Of a stretch of 45,909 nucleotides of DNA, positions 43,266 to 45,909 are shown piece by piece. Each line of letters begins with the position of its first letter. Within the stretch, counting starts at the first letter, position 1. The translations under genes were made by a program, and so were the position numbers. A model generated the notes under the pieces. That model was given only the letters and a program-made list of their open reading frames with translations. It was not told the DNA's origin and made no database searches. The stretch is from an uncultured Gammaproteobacteria bacterium (GTDB lineage Bacteria > Patescibacteriota > Patescibacteriia > 2-12-FULL-60-25): assembly GCA_964426815.1 (NCBI GenBank), contig CAYRRZ010000001.1:6152-52060 (forward strand), written 5' to 3'.

Positions 43266-44343
43266 GCCGCTCAGCAAGACTTGGTGAGGAAGGCGTTTTT
43301 TGAGATTGGATTTGTGCAGCTAAAGACCGTATCTCTGCTGGATTTTCTATCCATTTTTTCAGCATGTCTTTCCAGGCTTGCTCATCCTCTGGGTCAAGTT
43401 CGACCGTGCCTGCGAGCGGCTTATGCAGACCATGTTCGCTCGTGATGAGGCAAGGAAGACCATTCGCTAATGCTTCTAAGACCGCGTTCGGACAAATATC
43501 AGACAAAGAAGGCAATACGAATACATCATGCTCAGCAAAAGCCTGAGCCACACCCGCACGATCAACCGGAGGCAGAAGCGTGATTGAACGAGAACCGGTC
43601 AGTATCTGTTTTATTTCGGAGAAGTCTGGACCGTCGCCAATAAGTGTCGCTTGAAAGGAGAACCCCTGCACTTCGCAATCACGCAGAATCTTGGCCAGAA
43701 AAGCAACATTTTTTACAGGCGCAAATCTGCCGATATACAAAAACCTGAGCGGTTTACTTGGATCCATCACCCGTTTCTGTGCTCCAAAACTAGCTTGATT
43801 CTCAGCGAGCTGAATTTTACTCTTTGGGATATCAATGTATTGAGACAGGATGTCGCCCAAGAAAGACGAGGTGACAAAAACTATTTGGGCACGTTTTGTG
43901 ATCCACTGATACTTTTTCTTCTCCGTCCAGGCTCGGATACCAAAACGTTGCTTCCAAAAGTTTCGCAGAGTTCCAACAAATCTTCCCTTGGTGATCGCGT
44001 CTTCCCAGGCCCATTCACCACCGAGACGCAAGAGAAAGCAATTCTTTTTTCCGATCAATGCGAGGCGTGCTGGAATTCCAACAGAAAATACATCGGTTGC
44101 AACCAGGACGGTTTCTGATGTTAGCTGCATGCGTATCGCTTTAGCCAAGCGCAGATAACGCATCAAGCTGCTTCCTGATCTTGAAACCCGCATAATCTGC
44201 GAGCGCGAATCCGTACCTTCACCATAGGTGATGACGGTAACCGTATGAGACTCAGCTCGCAGGCCTTCAGCCGTATCAAACATCACCCGAGCTGGACCGC
44301 CGATTTCGGGAGGATAAATACCGCTGACGAAGAGGAATTGCAT
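43240..44343 (-). CDS. GT4-family (GT-B) glycosyltransferase
   Basis: 367 aa. Motifs: FLFVSGIYPPEIGGPA, YIGRFAPVKN, VLPSLSDICPNAVLEALANGLPCLIT. The 3' end overlaps the convergent methyltransferase by 26 nt. Confidence 0.75.
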   Translation of the reverse strand: MQFLFVSGIYPPEIGGPARVMFDTAEGLRAESHTVTVITYGEGTDSRSQIMRVSRSGSSLMRYLRLAKAIRMQLTSETVLVATDVFSVGIPARLALIGKKNCFLLRLGGEWAWEDAITKGRFVGTLRNFWKQRFGIRAWTEKKKYQWITKRAQIVFVTSSFLGDILSQYIDIPKSKIQLAENQASFGAQKRVMDPSKPLRFLYIGRFAPVKNVAFLAKILRDCEVQGFSFQATLIGDGPDFSEIKQILTGSRSITLLPPVDRAGVAQAFAEHDVFVLPSLSDICPNAVLEALANGLPCLITSEHGLHKPLAGTVELDPEDEQAWKDMLKKWIENPAEIRSLAAQIQSQKTPSSPSLAERLISFAQAE

Positions 44344-44386
44344 AGGTTGACAGTAGCCAAAAATGCTCGTTTAGGCAAACAAAAAC

Positions 44387-45520
44387 CTATATCTTTTCAA
44401 GAAGCTGTTGCACGCTGCGTGCAATCTCATCCCAATTGTATCCATGGCGAACACAGACTTCGCCTTGAGCAATTATTTTTTTTCTTAGATCCGGCTGATC
44501 GATAATGCGAGTTGCAGCTGCAGCAATCGATTGTGGATTTCGAGGCTCGCAAAATACACCTGTTTCTCCGTCTTTTAAGAAGTCCGGAATACCTCCCACC
44601 GGGGTACCAATAATCGGCAAGCCGACCGCCATCGCTTCTAAAAATGAAATGCCCAAACCTTCGGACAAAGATGGTCGGCAAAAAATATCGGCGCTCTGTA
44701 AAATCGCCGGCAATTCCTCGTGTCCACGTAGTCCTAAAAAGACACAGCGCGATGATACATTAAGTTCAGCAACCAGAGCATCCAGCATCTTTTTGTCCTC
44801 CCCTTCTCCTACGATGAGTAATTTATAATTCGACGGAAGATAAGGTAAAGCTCGGATCAAATCATCAGTCGCATTTTTCAATGTTAAGCGTGAAGCCGTA
44901 ATAATCACAATATCATCTTCCTGGAACCCATACTCTGCCCTCAGGCGATTGCGCTCATCAATCGAAATACGCTGCATAAAGCGTGACATGTCTACCCCAT
45001 TTGGAATGATGTGCGGTGTACCTATAAAACCCATCTGCTTTGCCCACTCACCCAAAAAATTACTTATTGCATGAACTTCATTTGCACGCGCAAAAATTGC
45101 TCGATGGAGAAACTGAAGAACGCCCGTCCGTTTATTGTAGTGCTCCAAAGGATCTCCCTCTTGCAAGGTGAGTAAGAGACGAGATTGTGGACGAATCCAG
45201 GTATAGGCCAAAGCAGCAAAACCACCATAGCTGGCCAAAAGCGACCAGATAATTGGCTTGGATTTTCGATATCGCCAGGCAGCTTGAGGAGCGGCAATAA
45301 AAGGCAAAAGATACTTATCAAGTGAATGACCGAAGCCACAGCGGTAGATGCGGACATTCCCCCATTGCTCTGTTTTTTCTAGACCTGGGTGAATTTTTGC
45401 GCAGTACAAAGACAGCTCCCAATCAGGAAGTCGGTCGGTTATTTCTTTCATGGCAACCTCAGCCCCGCCAACCAGGGGAAAATAGGCGGTTGAAAAAATC
45501 ACTGCTTGTTTTTTATTCAT
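44387..45520 (-). CDS. GT4-family (GT-B) glycosyltransferase
   Basis: 377 aa. Motifs: FSTAYFPLVGGAEV, ASRLTLKNA, PSLSEGLGISFLEAMAVGLPIIGTPVGGIPDFL. Confidence 0.85.
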   Translation of the reverse strand: MNKKQAVIFSTAYFPLVGGAEVAMKEITDRLPDWELSLYCAKIHPGLEKTEQWGNVRIYRCGFGHSLDKYLLPFIAAPQAAWRYRKSKPIIWSLLASYGGFAALAYTWIRPQSRLLLTLQEGDPLEHYNKRTGVLQFLHRAIFARANEVHAISNFLGEWAKQMGFIGTPHIIPNGVDMSRFMQRISIDERNRLRAEYGFQEDDIVIITASRLTLKNATDDLIRALPYLPSNYKLLIVGEGEDKKMLDALVAELNVSSRCVFLGLRGHEELPAILQSADIFCRPSLSEGLGISFLEAMAVGLPIIGTPVGGIPDFLKDGETGVFCEPRNPQSIAAAATRIIDQPDLRKKIIAQGEVCVRHGYNWDEIARSVQQLLEKI

Positions 45521-45909
45521 ACATCTTCATTGAGCATCTTTTTCAATGTCATGTTGTAGAGAAAACGCACCTGGTTTGCAAAAGCATCTCCAGATTTATT
45601 TTGTGCGACACTCTGAATAGCTGGTCCAAGACGAGAAATTCCTTTTTCTTGATCTCCATTTGAGGCTGAAATCTGGTCGGCGTTTTTCAATATCAAGCGC
45701 AATAACCAGCGCAACCATGGACGAATCTGATCGATGCGGTGATCTGCCAATGTAATAAGGAGTGGAATATCTGAAGCACGACGAGCGAGTGCGGCCGACA
45801 TAGCGGCATAACTTGCCATAATCGCCCAGGTAAAAATATACCGATGCTGCGACATAAGCTCCTTTGCCTTTCTTGATCCTTCGAAGAGCAGCCTATACTT
45901 ATCCCAAGC
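45517..45909 (-). CDS. Partial CDS (5' end outside window); resembles only the N-terminal half of a GT4 glycosyltransferase
   Basis: The frame stays open from 45855 to the window edge (upstream residues AWDKYRLLFEGSRKAKEL). YIFTWAIMASYAAMSAALARRASDIPLLITLADHR resembles a GT4 N-domain strand-helix-strand. Ends with an ATGA overlap onto the next GT4. Confidence 0.4.
   Translation of the reverse strand, partial: AWDKYRLLFEGSRKAKELMSQHRYIFTWAIMASYAAMSAALARRASDIPLLITLADHRIDQIRPWLRWLLRLILKNADQISASNGDQEKGISRLGPAIQSVAQNKSGDAFANQVRFLYNMTLKKMLNEDV

Noticed and set aside
5963-44118. Long antisense or alternative-frame ORFs inside annotated genes, e.g. 5963..6406-, 10082..10642+, 17756..18274+, 18523..19050+, 31725..32186+, 37497..37958+, 43651..44118+
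   Set aside because: Each lies entirely within a motif-supported CDS on the opposite strand or in another frame. Their compositions are skewed and low-complexity (Arg/Ser/Pro/Cys-rich), with no recognisable domain. They are typical shadow ORFs.
1-45909. CRISPR arrays, tRNA/rRNA genes, IS elements, integrases, phage genes, toxin-antitoxin or known defence systems
   Set aside because: I saw no regularly spaced direct repeats, no tRNA-like cloverleaf with a GTTCGAATC-type T-arm, and no rRNA signature strings. No ORF carries transposase, integrase, nuclease/helicase or defence-type motifs. Every sizeable ORF is accounted for by glycan-biosynthesis families.

Overview
This 45.9-kb window is almost entirely coding. 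It holds about 39 CDS, mostly on the minus strand, many separated by 1-25 nt or joined by ATGA / TAA-ATG stop-start junctions. It reads as one very large cell-envelope glycan biosynthesis and glycosylation locus.

Content recognisable from the translated ORFs:
- a GDP-L-fucose module (gmd, fcl)
- six extended-SDR NDP-sugar enzymes, including a tandem pair of non-canonical UXS-like paralogs
- an initiating polyprenyl-phosphate glycosylphosphotransferase and a Wzx-like flippase
- three GT2 enzymes of the polyprenyl-phosphate-sugar synthase type, plus a GtrA protein
- four GT-C-like integral-membrane glycosyltransferase domains
- at least six GT4 domains
- seven class I SAM methyltransferase domains
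- an AsnB-type amidotransferase, a CE4 deacetylase and a secreted S8 protease

Most interesting observations:
1. An eight-gene, translationally coupled sub-operon (14715..23216) combines a NeuB-family synthase with a cupin, an IMPase-like protein, an SDR, a HAD phosphatase, an aldehyde dehydrogenase, a transketolase and a ChoK/APH-fold kinase. Nearby lie a CMP-ulosonate cytidylyltransferase and two orphan GT-B-like proteins sharing an HPKY motif. I cannot map this gene set onto any described nonulosonic or ulosonic acid pathway.
2. There are several unusual fusions: GT4-GT-C-GT4 (1153 aa), GT-C-Zn-ribbon-methyltransferase (755 aa) and methyltransferase-GT2.
3. A GC-rich, hairpin-dense stretch of about 675 nt at the 5' edge has no credible ORF and looks like a structured RNA that I cannot classify.
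4. A GC-rich plus-strand gene has an ORF that runs straight through a strong intrinsic terminator.

I saw no rRNA, tRNA, CRISPR array, transposase/integrase or recognisable defence or toxin genes. All functional calls rest on motifs read by eye. No database search was run.
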